The notes below the pieces were generated by a model. The model worked only from the letters and a program-made list of their open reading frames with translations. It had not been told where the DNA came from and ran no database searches. Positions 39,601 to 52,096 of a stretch of 64,000 bases of DNA are shown one piece after another; the stretch's first letter is position 1; the number at the start of each line of letters is the position of its first letter. The position numbers were made by a program, and so were the translations under genes. The stretch covers positions 31,310,001-31,374,000 of the forward strand of contig OX597820.1 of assembly GCA_951406725.2 (NCBI GenBank), written 5' to 3'. The DNA comes from Octopus vulgaris (lineage: Eukaryota).

Positions 39601-41149
39601 ACTAACATCCTTCTCTCCCTTTTTGCCTCTCCCTTCAACTAACCATATAATAAACAGCATCACACATCTGGCCTTAGCACAGATTGGCATTTTAATGCTG
39701 CCTTGAGTGAATTATACACAACACTGCATTTACTTGATAACACATTATTAACTTGGGATAAATCATCTGAGTTGTTTTGCTTCAAGTCAGCCTTAACAAT
39801 GTAAATAAAGGTGTTCTATCCATAGCCATCTCATCTTATTTGCAGGTAGTATGTCTAGTATTATGTTCTCCATGGTCTCTTGCTTTTTAAGATTAGTAAT
39901 GCAAATTCTTCAAACCATGTAATCAAGTCATAAACTTTTCACTTGAAAACAAGTTAATGAGAAAGTCTATGTGGCTGCTCAACCTGCTAGAAATAATAGC
40001 CAAATTTTCCTCACATTATACTCATCATCTTCAATAAGAAAAGGATGTAGAAAATGTATATCCAGTCAAAGACAGGAAAAACAGGACCAATAACAAAAAC
40101 AACAGTAAGTAAAAACTGGGAGGAGTAAAGGGCATATGTGAACATTTATGAATGTGTAAAGGGGTTTAGAAGAAAGCCTGTTGGTTACTGACACTAGCTG
40201 TTGTTTCTTACTAAAACATGAAATGGGTGTACCACAGTGTTGTACATGTCTATAAACAGTGAAAATCATGTGTGGGTGGGGGGGAATTGAAGTGACTGAT
40301 TACAGGTCTGAGTGATCCGGTATTGTTGTACGAAATATATAAACAATGTTTCTTAAGACAGCCAACCAGTCTCTGAGCAATTTCCCAACATGCATTAAGC
40401 TACGGGGTTGGCCTTTAGTATTGTAGAGTGGCAGGAAAGCAGATTCTGATATTGGGAGCTGACCTAGAACCATGTAAGATAGCAATGATGTGGATGAAGA
40501 GATAGATGTAGTACAAGCAGGGACAGACAAATGATCGAAGTTGGGAATGTGTGGTGAGGGAATGAAAGGATTGAGGACCACAGAGTAACCGGACTGTACC
40601 TGTGTCTAAAGTAAAGGTTCTCAACCCATTTTGGCCAAACACCCATCTCTGACCCTTGGAGTCACAAATCGCCCCACCCCACTCCCATATTTTTACTTTT
40701 CAATATACTACTTATTTCAATATCAGCAGATAAGGATTAAAAAATAAAGGATGTCGTTTTACATATGCACTTGTATGCAATTGGGAGTACAAATTGAAAT
40801 GACAAAAAAAAAAAAAATGAAATAATAAATGGTCTTATGAATGAAAGTTTGGTAATTGCATCACATGACACTTATGAGATCAACGTTTTGTTTATTGAAT
40901 GATTGATCTTTGGTACAAGTAAATGCTGATAAAATCATATCCTGATAAAAATGCTGATAATGCCAATAAAAACCTTTCTGATTTCCCTTACCAAAACAGC
41001 TAGAATTTATGCAACAATCTGACATAAGTTGTCACCTGTGAAGAGGATTTTTTCTGCTCAAGAAAGAGAGTGTATTTGATAGAAATTGTTGAAATACATA
41101 TGTACTTCAGATGAGTAGAAAATTGTGGAGGATGATATTCACTATACTT

Positions 41150-42347
41150 GGATCTAGCTAGTTTGAGTCACAAAATCAGCCCCCTTTTAAAATGAAGTGA
41201 AAAATCTGAAAATTTGTCATTTTACGCATTCATTTCTTATCCATTTGAACCAAAGAATTTGAGAAAAAATTTGATAAGAAAGTTAGACATTTAAAAACTG
41301 AAAAACTGTCTATTTTTAGCCAATAATAAACTTTCGTTGTAGCGAACAGTATCAACTTTAAGGTTGTACCCTGTGTGACCTATTCATTGTAGATTTCTAA
41401 ATAGAGATAGATATCTTATAAAGTTATGTTTTTGTTTTTATTTGTTTTTTTTTGTTATATTAATGTATTTGTTTGTATGTCTTTGGATAAATATTTACAA
41501 GTGCACCTGCATTCGCAGCTATTTGCGATAACGGCGGGTCCTTTATTGCAAATAGCTGTTACGTAGTAGCAGAGCGTCTTAGAAATAGCAGTCAAATCTT
41601 TCCTTTTTTGGGTCCTGGGAAACATCGAGGTCCTCCACCACCTTCACCCTTTCTCCCCCCACCCACCAAGTGCCTAGCGCCGGGTTTGGCAGTCAGATAC
41701 ATTGAATGCATGCAAAAATCTGGTTTTTCTTTTTTTTTTCCTTCCTGTCCTTACTGAACAACGTTCATTACATCCTTTCTTTTACTACACTTTTTTTTCA
41801 AGGGATAATACCATTTTCTTCGAAATAATATGCTGCATCCACCTGTTTTCAATATCTCCTTCAGACTGGTACAGTTAAATGACTTGGATGCGGCCTTTCT
41901 AGACTTTTACCACCAAGCAAAAAGTAAACAAACACAGAAAAACTTCACGAAATATATGTAAAATACTACGAAAATTCACGAAAAATGTCAAAAATAAAAT
42001 TCTAATTGATATAAGCACAGGTAATGTACATTTTATAAAGTTTTCGCAAAAATAAAATCGAAACATACAGAGATCACAGACAGACGAGAAGCGAGGCAAA
42101 ATAGAATGTACAAGTTGCCATGTGTTGCTATGGTAACTAGCTGTTAATGCCTCGCTGTCTGTTGATTGGCTAAAATTACACAAATTTTCCAACTTTAATT
42201 CCAAATAACATCAGGTTCTTTAATTTACGAGATAAAGTAATTGGTTAAGTGTAATCAAAATTCCAAACTTCATCCATAGCCCAAATTTGAAAACAATCTG
42301 AGCAAAATTAAAGGGGGCTGATTTTGTAACCCAAACTAACTAGATCC
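41150..42347. mobile_element. ~1.2-kb non-autonomous DNA transposon with 38-bp TIRs (superfamily unassigned)
   Basis: ggatctagctagtttgagtcacaaaatcagcccccttt (41150-41187) versus the inverted complement at 42310-42347, with 3 mismatches. No clear TSD. Confidence 0.8.
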
Positions 42348-42497
42348 TCTTTTCAAACTGACTGTCGCAGAGATGTAAAAATAAGGCTACTACTAGCGCC
42401 CTTCCCACCATAAAGTCTCTTAACACACTCCGAGTACCTCTTTGCTCCAAAACGCCCCTCTTGAGCTCTAAATGGCCCCTGTTGACAACCTTTAGAC

Positions 42498-42698
42498 CAG
42501 TGCTTTTCAAACTTTTTGCTGGAGCGGAACCCCAAGGAAACATTCCACTGGCTCGAGGAACCCCTGTGCAATAATTTAATAGTCTTATGCACACATATCT
42601 GCACAGGAGACTTAAAAATTACTGCCAATTTTAGCAGTTTTGTAACTTCTTGCAGAACCCCTGCACTGTACTGGCGGAACCCTGGTTGAAAACCACTG
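42498..42698. mobile_element. hAT (Buster/Charlie-type) MITE
   Basis: TIRs cagtgcttttcaa / ttgaaaaccactg with a perfect 8-bp TSD ctttagac (42490-42497 and 42699-42706). Repeated ggaaccc subterminal motifs. Confidence 0.92.
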
Positions 42699-43830
42699 CT
42701 TTAGACTCTAAAGGGAAGAGAGGGGGATGGATGGATGGATAGCTAGAATAGGAAGAGAGAAAAAGAAGGGGAAAGGAAGAGAAACTAGATAGACAGATGG
42801 AAAGAGAGAAAGAGACAAAGAGAGAAAACAAAAGAGAGTGAGAGAAGGAGACAGCAAGAGATAAAAAGTACTAGAGAGAGAGAGAGACTGAGAATCTAAC
42901 AATCATTTGGTAGTTGACAGAAATATGGTCACATGACACTCTTGGAAAACTGCAATGTCAGGGAGTGGCAGTCTCAAGTAGGAAGTATTTTAGCAAATCT
43001 ACATCTGCATTTTACAGATATTTCTGTGAATGAAAGAGGTTAATATATATATATATCATGGTATTGATCAGATTATCGGATGTTGTTATACATTGCTGGT
43101 CACAATGCCCTTTGCATCGTTTTAGCTTTTGAATGATGCCACCCTGCTGGCTAAGTGACCAGGCCAGCATTCCCCCTTGACTGGAGGGCTATTCTGTCTC
43201 AGGGTTATTCATTTACAGCTGAGTGGACTAGAACAACATGAAATGAAGGGTTTTGCTTAAGAACACAACAGCCTCCCAGTCCAGGCATCGAGCCCATAAT
43301 CTAGTGCTCATAAGTGCAAAACCCTAACCACTAGGCTATGCATTGTTTTCTTTTTTCCTTTTTTTTTTTTTGGAACATTGGTTCTCGAAGCACGTCACAT
43401 AAAGCTGTAAATAATGGCATGAAAATATTGGATAGAAAAATAAAAACAACCAAAGGATGCTTCTCATCTTTCTTTTCAACCATCACCCTTTGACTTCTAT
43501 CCAAAATGGCTTTTTCAAACTAATATTTACATGCTATTATTTATAGCTTTATGTGATGTGCTATGAGAGCCAATGTTCCAAAAGTTCTCTTGGAAGTTCA
43601 TAAAATTCTTATCATGCCAACTATGTATATACACAAACATACAGAGAGAGAGGAGGAAGAGAGAAAAGAGAGAAAAATTGAAAGGAGGAAAGAAAGAAGA
43701 AATGGATAAATAGAAAGATATTAAGTGTTCACATGCCAGCATGGAAGGCAGATGTTAAACAATAATGATGATGATCATCATCATAACTATCATCAACAAC
43801 AAAACCAAGCCAATGAGGGACTTTGTAAAT

Positions 43831-44483
43831 CAGTGGTTCTCAACGATTTTTTTACCTATGGACCCCTACTGATTCCTGTTTTCCTTGGTTGGGCCCTCAT
43901 AACAATTCGGTGTTTAAAAAATCCTTTTATAGTTCTATGTATGCATATATGCATATGTGGCGGCGTGTGGCTTAGTGGTTAGGGTGTCGGCATCATGATC
44001 GTAAAATTGTGGTTTTGATTCCTGGAACAGGCGACACGATGTGTTCTTGAGCAAAACACTTCATTTCACATTGCTCCAGTCCAGCTGGGGAACACATATG
44101 CCATTGAAACCAGGAAACCGGGCCCATGAGCCTGGCTAGGCTTTAAAAGGGCAAGGAGGATATATGCATATACATGATGGGTATCTTTCAGTTTCTATCT
44201 ACCAAATCCACTCAAGGCTTTGGTCAGCCCAAGGCTATAGTAGTTAACTCTTGCCTAAGGCGTCACACAGTGGAACTGAACCAGAAATCGATAGAAAACC
44301 CCGTAAGCCATAGTTTAGAGATTTGGTTGTTATTTCTATAATTGAATACTATTAAGAATTGCATAAAAAATTATCAAAATATTTTGTGACTTGTAGAAGT
44401 ATAAAGTTTATTGTATGTAAGTTTCAACAACAAAAATCTTGTGGACCCCAAAGGGTCACATGGACCTTGGCTTCGAACCACTA
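43831..44483. mobile_element. hAT MITE (same family as 17103-17390) containing nested SINE A and SINE C insertions
   Basis: cagtggttctcaa ... tcgaaccacta with TSD ttgtaaat/ttctaaat (7/8). SINE C head at 43960-44110(+) and SINE A core at 44170-44285(-) lie inside. Confidence 0.8.
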
Positions 44484-44565
44484 TTCTAAATGGTTGACTC
44501 ACTTGAAATAACCAAATCTCCAAACTATGGTTTACTGGGTTTTAGGTTGTCTTTTTTTTTTTAAG

Positions 44566-44935
44566 GTGTAGGTATGATTATGTGATAAAAAGCCTGCTTC
44601 CCAACTTCATGATTTCTGGTTCAGTTCCACTGTGTGACACCTTAAGCAAGTGTTAACTACTATAGCCCTGGGCTGACCAAAGCCTTGAGTGGATTTGGTA
44701 GATAGAAACTGAAGGATTCCTATCGTGTATATGCATACATACATATGTGTATCCCCCCCACTACTTGACAACTAGTGTTGTTTTGTTTATATCCCTGTAC
44801 CTTAATGGGCCAGCAAAAATAAGACCAATAGAAATATCAAGCTTAAGAATAAGTTCTGGGGTATATTTGTTCAACTAAACTCCAGCATGGCTGCAGTCCA
44901 TTGACTAAAACCAGCAAAAGAAAAGTAAAAGAAAA
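44566..44935 (+). mobile_element. SINE family A copy
   Basis: Head, core, hinge, 3' module and A-rich tail. Confidence 0.85.
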
Positions 44936-45335
44936 CAAAGATACATTTGATCATATATTCTAAAGTTACATTATATTTTTGAAAAATATGGTTGTAAACC
45001 TTGTAGTTTAGCTTAATCAAAGTCTTGGGAAATGGGCATTGCTATAATTGATTGTTCCTGTTTTCTAAATTGGTAATCTTGGGACCATGCTAGGATTGAG
45101 CTGGCAGGATAAAAGAAAAAATGCTTTGTGGTATTTAATCCGACTTTCTGCATTCTGAGTTCATTTCCTGCTGAGGTCAACAAAATAAAAAGTATCAGTG
45201 AAGTACTGGGATCAATGGGATCTATTAACACTCTCCCTCCAAAATTTTTTACCCTATACCCATATCTAAAATCATTATCATACTAGGGTCAAACATGCCG
45301 ATCACCAACAGACACTATCAACAAAAACATTTTAA

Positions 45336-45555
45336 CCCTTTAGCATTCAAAACAGCTGTATCTTGCCCAAATATTCCACCTGTTTTATGTTCAATCTAAT
45401 TTGATCATGCCTCTCACACCTACCCTACAATGTCATTCTAAAAATAAACAATCACATCATTGAAATCTCAAAGCCATAAGACAATGTATGATTAATTCAA
45501 ACCAATGTGAATGAATAAGAATTACATTTGACAGAGAAATCTGAACGTTAAAGGG
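45336..45555. mobile_element. piggyBac-type MITE, best-preserved copy
   Basis: TTAA|ccctttagcattca ... tgaacgttaaaggg|TTAA. Confidence 0.9.
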
Positions 45556-45952
45556 TTAAGCAACCAAATGAACCTCATAATACAACCTAACAACTTAAAG
45601 AGGACACACACGGTGCCTTAAAAAAAGGGGGAATGGGCTTAATCAAATCTGGTCTGGGGTTAAACATGAGACCAGTATTAGTAACACATTGGAATTTGTT
45701 TCGAAATAGTGTGTCCCTCCCATGTAAAATATGTGACCATGACTACTATTAGTAATAAATCGGTCATGACAATAATATTTATGAGCAGACCAATAAAAAT
45801 ATGGTTTTTAGGCTTTGGGTATTAAAACACACCAGAACTCAGTCAAGCACAAATGCACCCTTTGACACACTAATTTAATACACAGAACAAAAATGACTAA
45901 AAAAAAAAATAAAGACTATAGTAAAGAGCAAATAAAAAAAAATGATAATTGT

Positions 45953-46325
45953 ATATGAGTGGCTGTGTGGTAAGTGGCTTCCTTACCAACCACATGGTTC
46001 CGGGTTCAGTCCCACTGAGTGGCACCATGGGCAAGTTTCTTCTACTATGGCCACAGGCCAACCAAAGTCTTGTGAGTGGATTTAGTAGATGGAAACTGAA
46101 AGAAGCCCGTCATGCATATATGTATATGTTTGTGTGTCTGTGTTTGTCCCCACTCCATCGTTTGACAACCAATGTTGGTGTGTTTGCGTCTCCGTAAATT
46201 AATGGATCAGCGAAAGAGACCGATAGAATAAGTACTAGGCTTACAAAGAATAAGTCCTGGAGTCGATTTGTTCGATTAAAGGCAGTGCTCCAGCACGGCT
46301 GCAGCCAAATGACAAATATAAGAAA
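45953..46325 (+). mobile_element. SINE family A copy
   Basis: gagtggctgtgtggtaag...ccgggttcagtcccactg head through the 3' module. Confidence 0.9.
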
Positions 46326-48875
46326 ATGCTAATGGACTTCTAACACCACCCTCCCTTTTTTTAAAAATTTACTGGAAACAAAAAAAATGGCATATCCTAT
46401 TCACATCCTATATAACAATATACACTGTGTACCATACAAACAAATATATTACATAAGTGTTTGGATTATTAAAACATTTGTATCTACAGATAAAAGTACT
46501 CACTATACATATGTAGTGCATGCACATACTATACAAAGTAAATATTGATGTATAGACAGACCTAATAGATAAATATGACACCAGTGATTCCCGACCCCTT
46601 TAACTCAATGGATGCAAACATTGTCTAAAATTTTGAATTACTCTTGCATAGAGAACTCAATATCAATAGTTGCATAACATTCAAAACATGCAGGGGAGGA
46701 GGGTAAATTATCTTCTTTTTTTTATTAGGGGTTTACTATTGCAATTGTCCAATCTCAGAGATTGATGTCTGCTTGATTGCACGATGATAGTTTAGCAGGA
46801 TTTGAAAAGAGTGATTATACAACCATTATCAGTATTCTGCCAGCATTGAGTGGCGAAGGATGGAGAGCTGAGAGAGAGGTGGATGGTGTGAGAGATGGTC
46901 GAAGAAAGGTTGGTAGTGTAGTGTGAGTTAACCAGCAACAGGCACACACTAACACAGTTGCAAACAAAGCAAATGGCCAGTGAATGGCGCAAAGAAAAGC
47001 ATGTTTATATATTGCATTAATTTACAGTTGACCGTCAGGTCAAGTTAAGGCCCCAGTTAGTAGACATTCAAATTTCTATTGCAGCTCATTTTTATTGTTC
47101 ATTTACATACTTCTGTTTCATTTTAAATAAATTTATACTTATTTTTAAAGAACAACAATGTTGAAAAATTTTGCTTTAAGCTGCTATTTACTGATGAAAG
47201 TTATAAATATTTTCCATCTTCTTCAACCAGCTAATAACATCAGCTAGTCATAAAACAGAGGGAAAATAACAGACGAGAGGTGAATGCTTAATGGAAGCTT
47301 GCCTTGTAGATACTTCTTTGTTTTATACTCAAACCATGCACTATATCACTTCAGTTATAAAACTATAAAGTCCTTCAAGGAGTTAAACCTCAAAGGCCAT
47401 CATGAAATGTCAAAGATCAACTTCTAAGTAGGGGAACAGGCATAAAACAAAACGAGTTGAAAATCCATTTCAATTTACCCAAATGTAGGAGAGGGATCTG
47501 CTCCATTTTTGATCCTTGTCTCACACGAACCTCTGTTATAGCATAAAGCCACCTCCCTCTACAACTGCCCTACTCACTTGAAGTGGGTCTTAATCTTGCA
47601 GGCTACATAGCAACCTCACTAGTGCTAGTGCCAAGAAAAATGTACCTAGTAGATGCTGTAAAGTGATTGGCATTAGGAAAGACATCCTGATGTAGAAACC
47701 ATGCCACAGCAGATAGTAGAGTATGATGCTGTCTTTGGGCTCCTCGGATCTTTGTTAAACCATCCAACCCAAGCCAGCATGAAATATCAACATTAAATGA
47801 TGATTTCTTTCCAACAAGGTTTTATGAACAATGAAAACCCATCCCCACCAAATCATGCATGATCATATGCATGTATATGTTCGCGTATATATATATGCTT
47901 GTGCATATACATGTGCATGCATATATATGCACATGTATATATATATGTATGTGCATATATATATACATGCATGTGTGTGTGTATATATGTATGCATGTGT
48001 GTAAGCAGGAAAGCATTTACAAATGACAAATTTGATCAAGACGTGATATAGGCTGTTAAAGAAATTTACTTCCAGCAAATTGTCCTGTTTTCAACATGTA
48101 AGCTTATCTCCAACAGTTTTTAAGTGTTTGGAAGATTTGTATAGAGGTCTTTTGTTTTCCCCAACTGAAAAGGCAGAAAGTTTTGTATATTTCTATTTGG
48201 CTCAAGCTGAAATTTTTGACAATTTATGACACTTCAGACACATTATCAGAGACAGTGACAACCACATTGTAAAATAGGAAAAACTGGTACAGGTGTGTGG
48301 TTGAGAAATTTACTTCCTGACCATGTGGCTTTGGGTTCAGTCCCCCTATGTGGATCCTAGGGCAAGCGCTTTTTACTATAGCCCTGAACCAACTGAAGGC
48401 TTGTGAGGGGATTTAGTAGATTCACAAAGAAGCAGGATGTGAGTGTGTGTGTGAGAGAGAGAGACAGAGAGACAGAGAGCATAGATGTGTACGTGCTTGT
48501 ATGGCCTTGTCTTGACACAATGTGATAGTTGTAAATAAGTGTCATCATCATACAAACAATATTGTTTGTTTCTAATCTGCTGTGACAGGTGAGAGTTGGT
48601 AACAGGATGGACATCTTGTTGTAGAAAATCTGCCCTCCAGGAGTCCTGTCCTTTAAGTCACTTTGTAACTTCTGCTGATTAAAGATAATGAAATATCCAC
48701 ATATATTGTATCCTATTTATTGTCTTTGTTCTTCCAAGCCTGTTCTATGCTCCTTAATTGAAGAACTCTATTTACAAACTCAGATACTATGAAACAATAT
48801 GTAACAACAACCTCTTCTACATCACATGATTTTATATACACAGACAGATAGGGGTGTGTGTGTGTGTGTGTGAAG

Positions 48876-49185
48876 GGATGTGACTCAGTGGTTAGGGTAT
48901 TCAGCTCATGATTGTAAGGTTATGAGTTTGATTCCTGGTGGCAGTGTATCTTTGAGCAAGATGCTTTATTTCATGTTGCTCCAGTTCACTCAGTTGGCAA
49001 AAATGAGCAGTACCTTTATCTCAAAGGGCCAGCCTCTCACATTGTGTCATGCTGAATCTCCCTGAGAACAATGTTAAGGGTACACATGTTTCAAAGCTCA
49101 GTCACTTGCACATTAATTTCACGAGCAGGCTGTTCCGTTAATCAGATCAACTGGAATCCTTATCGTAACCGACAGAGTGACAGTT
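48876..49185 (+). mobile_element. SINE family C copy
   Basis: gtgactcagtggttagggtattcagctcatgattgtaaggttatgagtttgattcc head and tctttgagcaagatgctttatttcatgttgctccagttcactcag core. Confidence 0.8.
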
Positions 49186-49189
49186 TGAT

Positions 49190-49237
<48 letters not shown>

Positions 49238-49239
<2 letters not shown>

Positions 49240-49463
49240 TCTTTTACTTGTTTTAGTCATTTGACAGTGGCCATGCTGGAGCACTGCTTTAAGTCGAGCA
49301 AATCGACCCAGGACTTTTTCTTTGTAAGCCTAGTACTTATTCTATTGATCTTTTTTGCCGAACCGCTACGTTACGGGGACGTAAACACACCAGCATCAGT
49401 TGCCAAGCAATGTTGGAGGGACAAACACAGACACACAAACATATACACACACATTCACATATA

Positions 49464-49511
<48 letters not shown>

Positions 49512-49675
49512 CATACATATATACGACAGGCTTCTTTCAGTTTCTGCCTACAAAATCCACTCACAAGGCTTTGGTCGCCCTGAGGCTATAGTAGAAGACA
49601 CTTGCCCAAAGTGTCTCGCAGTGGGACTGAACCCAGAACCTTGTGGTTGGTAAGCAAGCTACTTACCACACAGCC
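49238..49675 (-). mobile_element. Young SINE family A copy
   Basis: Near-identical to 25388-25802. Its tail abuts (TA)n. Confidence 0.92.
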
Positions 49676-49924
49676 AAACTTTTATTTTTTAATTAGCAGA
49701 AAATTAATGACGTGACTCAAAGGATGAGAGATATGTGTATGCCAGCTTAAAGTTTAAAAAAAGAATATATATACATAAACACAAACATATGCACACATCC
49801 AGACATACATATAGTCATGTTTAGAGTTCTCTCTCTTCTTTTCTTCTATCAAACACACACAGTTTGATTAATATATGCATGTAAAACATTACAGAGAAGT
49901 ATATGAAGCATCTAAAACACGATA

Positions 49925-50410
49925 GGAAGCCAGAAAGGTTTTCATAAATATCAATTATCTTGCACATGACACTCCACATGCTGCTGCATACTGCCTTAAT
50001 TTAGTGGGTGTATATGTGCTGTGGAAAGCTGCATTGGAGCAGTTTCGTTCTCTAGTCTTATGTAAAAACTTAACAATTGCTTAACTGGTTCAGCTGAATA
50101 TTGGTCAGTAATGCTTCACTGCTTTAAAGCTGAAAAAGTGGAAGTAAATCTAGAATGGTAGTTTAAAAGAGAGAATCAGATATTGATGGTTTTTACAAAG
50201 GCTGATACTGCCACAAAGGCCTTGTTGAAAAGGCTACAGGTGTTTTCGAGAAGCTCTGAAACTAATTTCAGATGATATAAATCAGAAAGCTGACATATGT
50301 TATGAAGCAAGCGCCATACTCAAACAGCTATAAAAGACAGAAATAATTCTGTTGTCAGATTTCTTGGCTGTCATATTTAGACAGGTTCATTCAAGTCAGC
50401 AAATCGTTTT
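49925..50410 (+). pseudogene. Decayed hAT-superfamily transposase fragment (ZMYM1/Tip100-like)
   Basis: Across frameshifts and stops: INYLAHDTPHAAAYCLNLVGV..VESCIGAVSFSSLM*KL..GSAEYWSVM...ATKALLKGYRCFREALKLISDDINQKADICYEASAILKQL*KTEIILLSDF..LDRFIQVSK. This is collinear with the hAT CxxHxLNL...S..RW...TRW...AL..I..D...EA..L region. Confidence 0.72.
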
Positions 50411-50818
50411 TGAAATGAAATACCAGAGTTTTTAATCAGTTATTAAAATTTCGTAAAATTTGTATGGAATTTTTAAAGGATTTTTTTTTTTTTTATATAT
50501 CGCAACATGTTTAGTGTTGAAAATCAAAAAAAAAGATGAAGTAGAAAATACAGAACATTCTAACATAAATTGATAAATAAAATTATTAGAAAAAAAAAAA
50601 AAAAAGGCATAAGCATGACTCTGTGATTAAGAAGCTTGCCTTGGAACCATATGGTTTTAGGTTCAATCCCACTGCGTGGCACCTTGGACAAGTGTCTTCC
50701 GTTATAACCCTGGGCCAACTAATACCTTGTGAGTCAATCTGGTAGACAGAAACTGAAAGAAGCTTCTTGTGTGTGTGTGTATTTATTTTTGAAGGTTGTT
50801 TGTTATGGCCAGTCAGAG

Positions 50819-51019
50819 AGTGACCACTGATTTCGCACCTGTAAAGTGCTCGGCTGTACAGGCAACTTGTCAGACTCAAATGGCCAGAGGCACATAACCT
50901 CTCTACAATTGGAGGGAGGAAAATGTCAGTTGCAGAGAGGTTATGTGCCTCTGGCCATTTGAGTCTGACAATTTACCTATAGAACTAAGCACTTTATAGG
51001 TGCAAAAGCAATGGTCACT
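50819..51019. repeat. 201-bp foldback hairpin inserted in a SINE A hinge
   Basis: 50867-50904 is the exact reverse complement of 50934-50971 (38 bp). The outer 48-bp arms pair with about 11 mismatches. Confidence 0.92.
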
Positions 51020-51097
51020 ATCACCTAAATATACTACTGCTGTAATGTTTTAGAGTGTGCTTCTCTTTTGGATATATGAACTACTGACCAATGTATA

Positions 51098-51159
<62 letters not shown>

Positions 51160-51778
51160 CATAAAAGTCTGATACTCTACCAAATAAGCTATGTGGGCAG
51201 ATCTACTTTGACATTAGGAAAGATATCCAGCTGTAGAAACCATGCCACAACAGACAGTTTGAGTCCGGATAGCTCCCTACTGGCATCCAACCCATACCAT
51301 CATGGAAAGTAGACGTTAAAAGATGATGATGTTATATGATGTTTGTGTTTGTTTATTCCCCAACCACACTTGACAACTGGTGTTGGCAAGTTTGCATATC
51401 CCCATAACTTAGCAGTTCAGCAAACAAAACATTAGGATAAGTATAAAACTTCAAAAAAAAAAAAAAAATTTAAGTACTGGTGTTGATTTGATTGACTAAA
51501 TATGTCAAGGTGGAATTCCAGCATGGCCACAGCTCAATGACTGAAATGAATAAAAGGTGAAAGAGCTTTGTACAAGAAAATGAATCGATGATGGCAATGT
51601 TGAAGATCCTGCTTTATGAGGCAGGCAGAAGTTTAATATGGCAACATCTAAACATCTACCTGCCATTGATATATTATACTTAGTTCTTGTGTATCCTTTT
51701 GAAGCATAGAAAAAGAGGTTTGTACATTTTATTTTACTGCTCACATTTTCAACAACAAAAGTAATGACTAATGACATT

Positions 51779-52032
51779 TTAACCCTTTTGTTACCCATAT
51801 TTCTGTTCAAATACACTCTCTTTGTTTAAATTAATTTTGAAAATAAAGAATTTAATATCTTGGGTCATTAGGCATAGGATTAGCTGTGTGGTAAGTAGCT
51901 TGCTCCCAAACTACATGGTTCCGGGTTCAGTCCCATTGCATGGCACCTTGGGCAAGTGTCTTCTACAATAGCCTCGGGCGAACCAAAGCCTTGTGAGTGG
52001 ATTTGGTAGACGGAAACTGGAAGAAGCCTGCC

Positions 52033-52096
<64 letters not shown>

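Noticed and set aside
40280-40620. GC-balanced unique block with three overlapping short ORFs
   Set aside because: No recognisable domain or splice signals. Probably an unclassified transposon remnant.
43960-44035. tRNA-like sequences with A and B boxes (heads of SINE A, B and C)
   Set aside because: They run directly into SINE core domains and lack a clean cloverleaf, so they were not called as tRNA genes.
48030-48120. FDQDVI*AVKEIY, loosely like the pogo/Tigger DQGVI motif
   Set aside because: Too short, contains a stop, and has no collinear supporting motifs.
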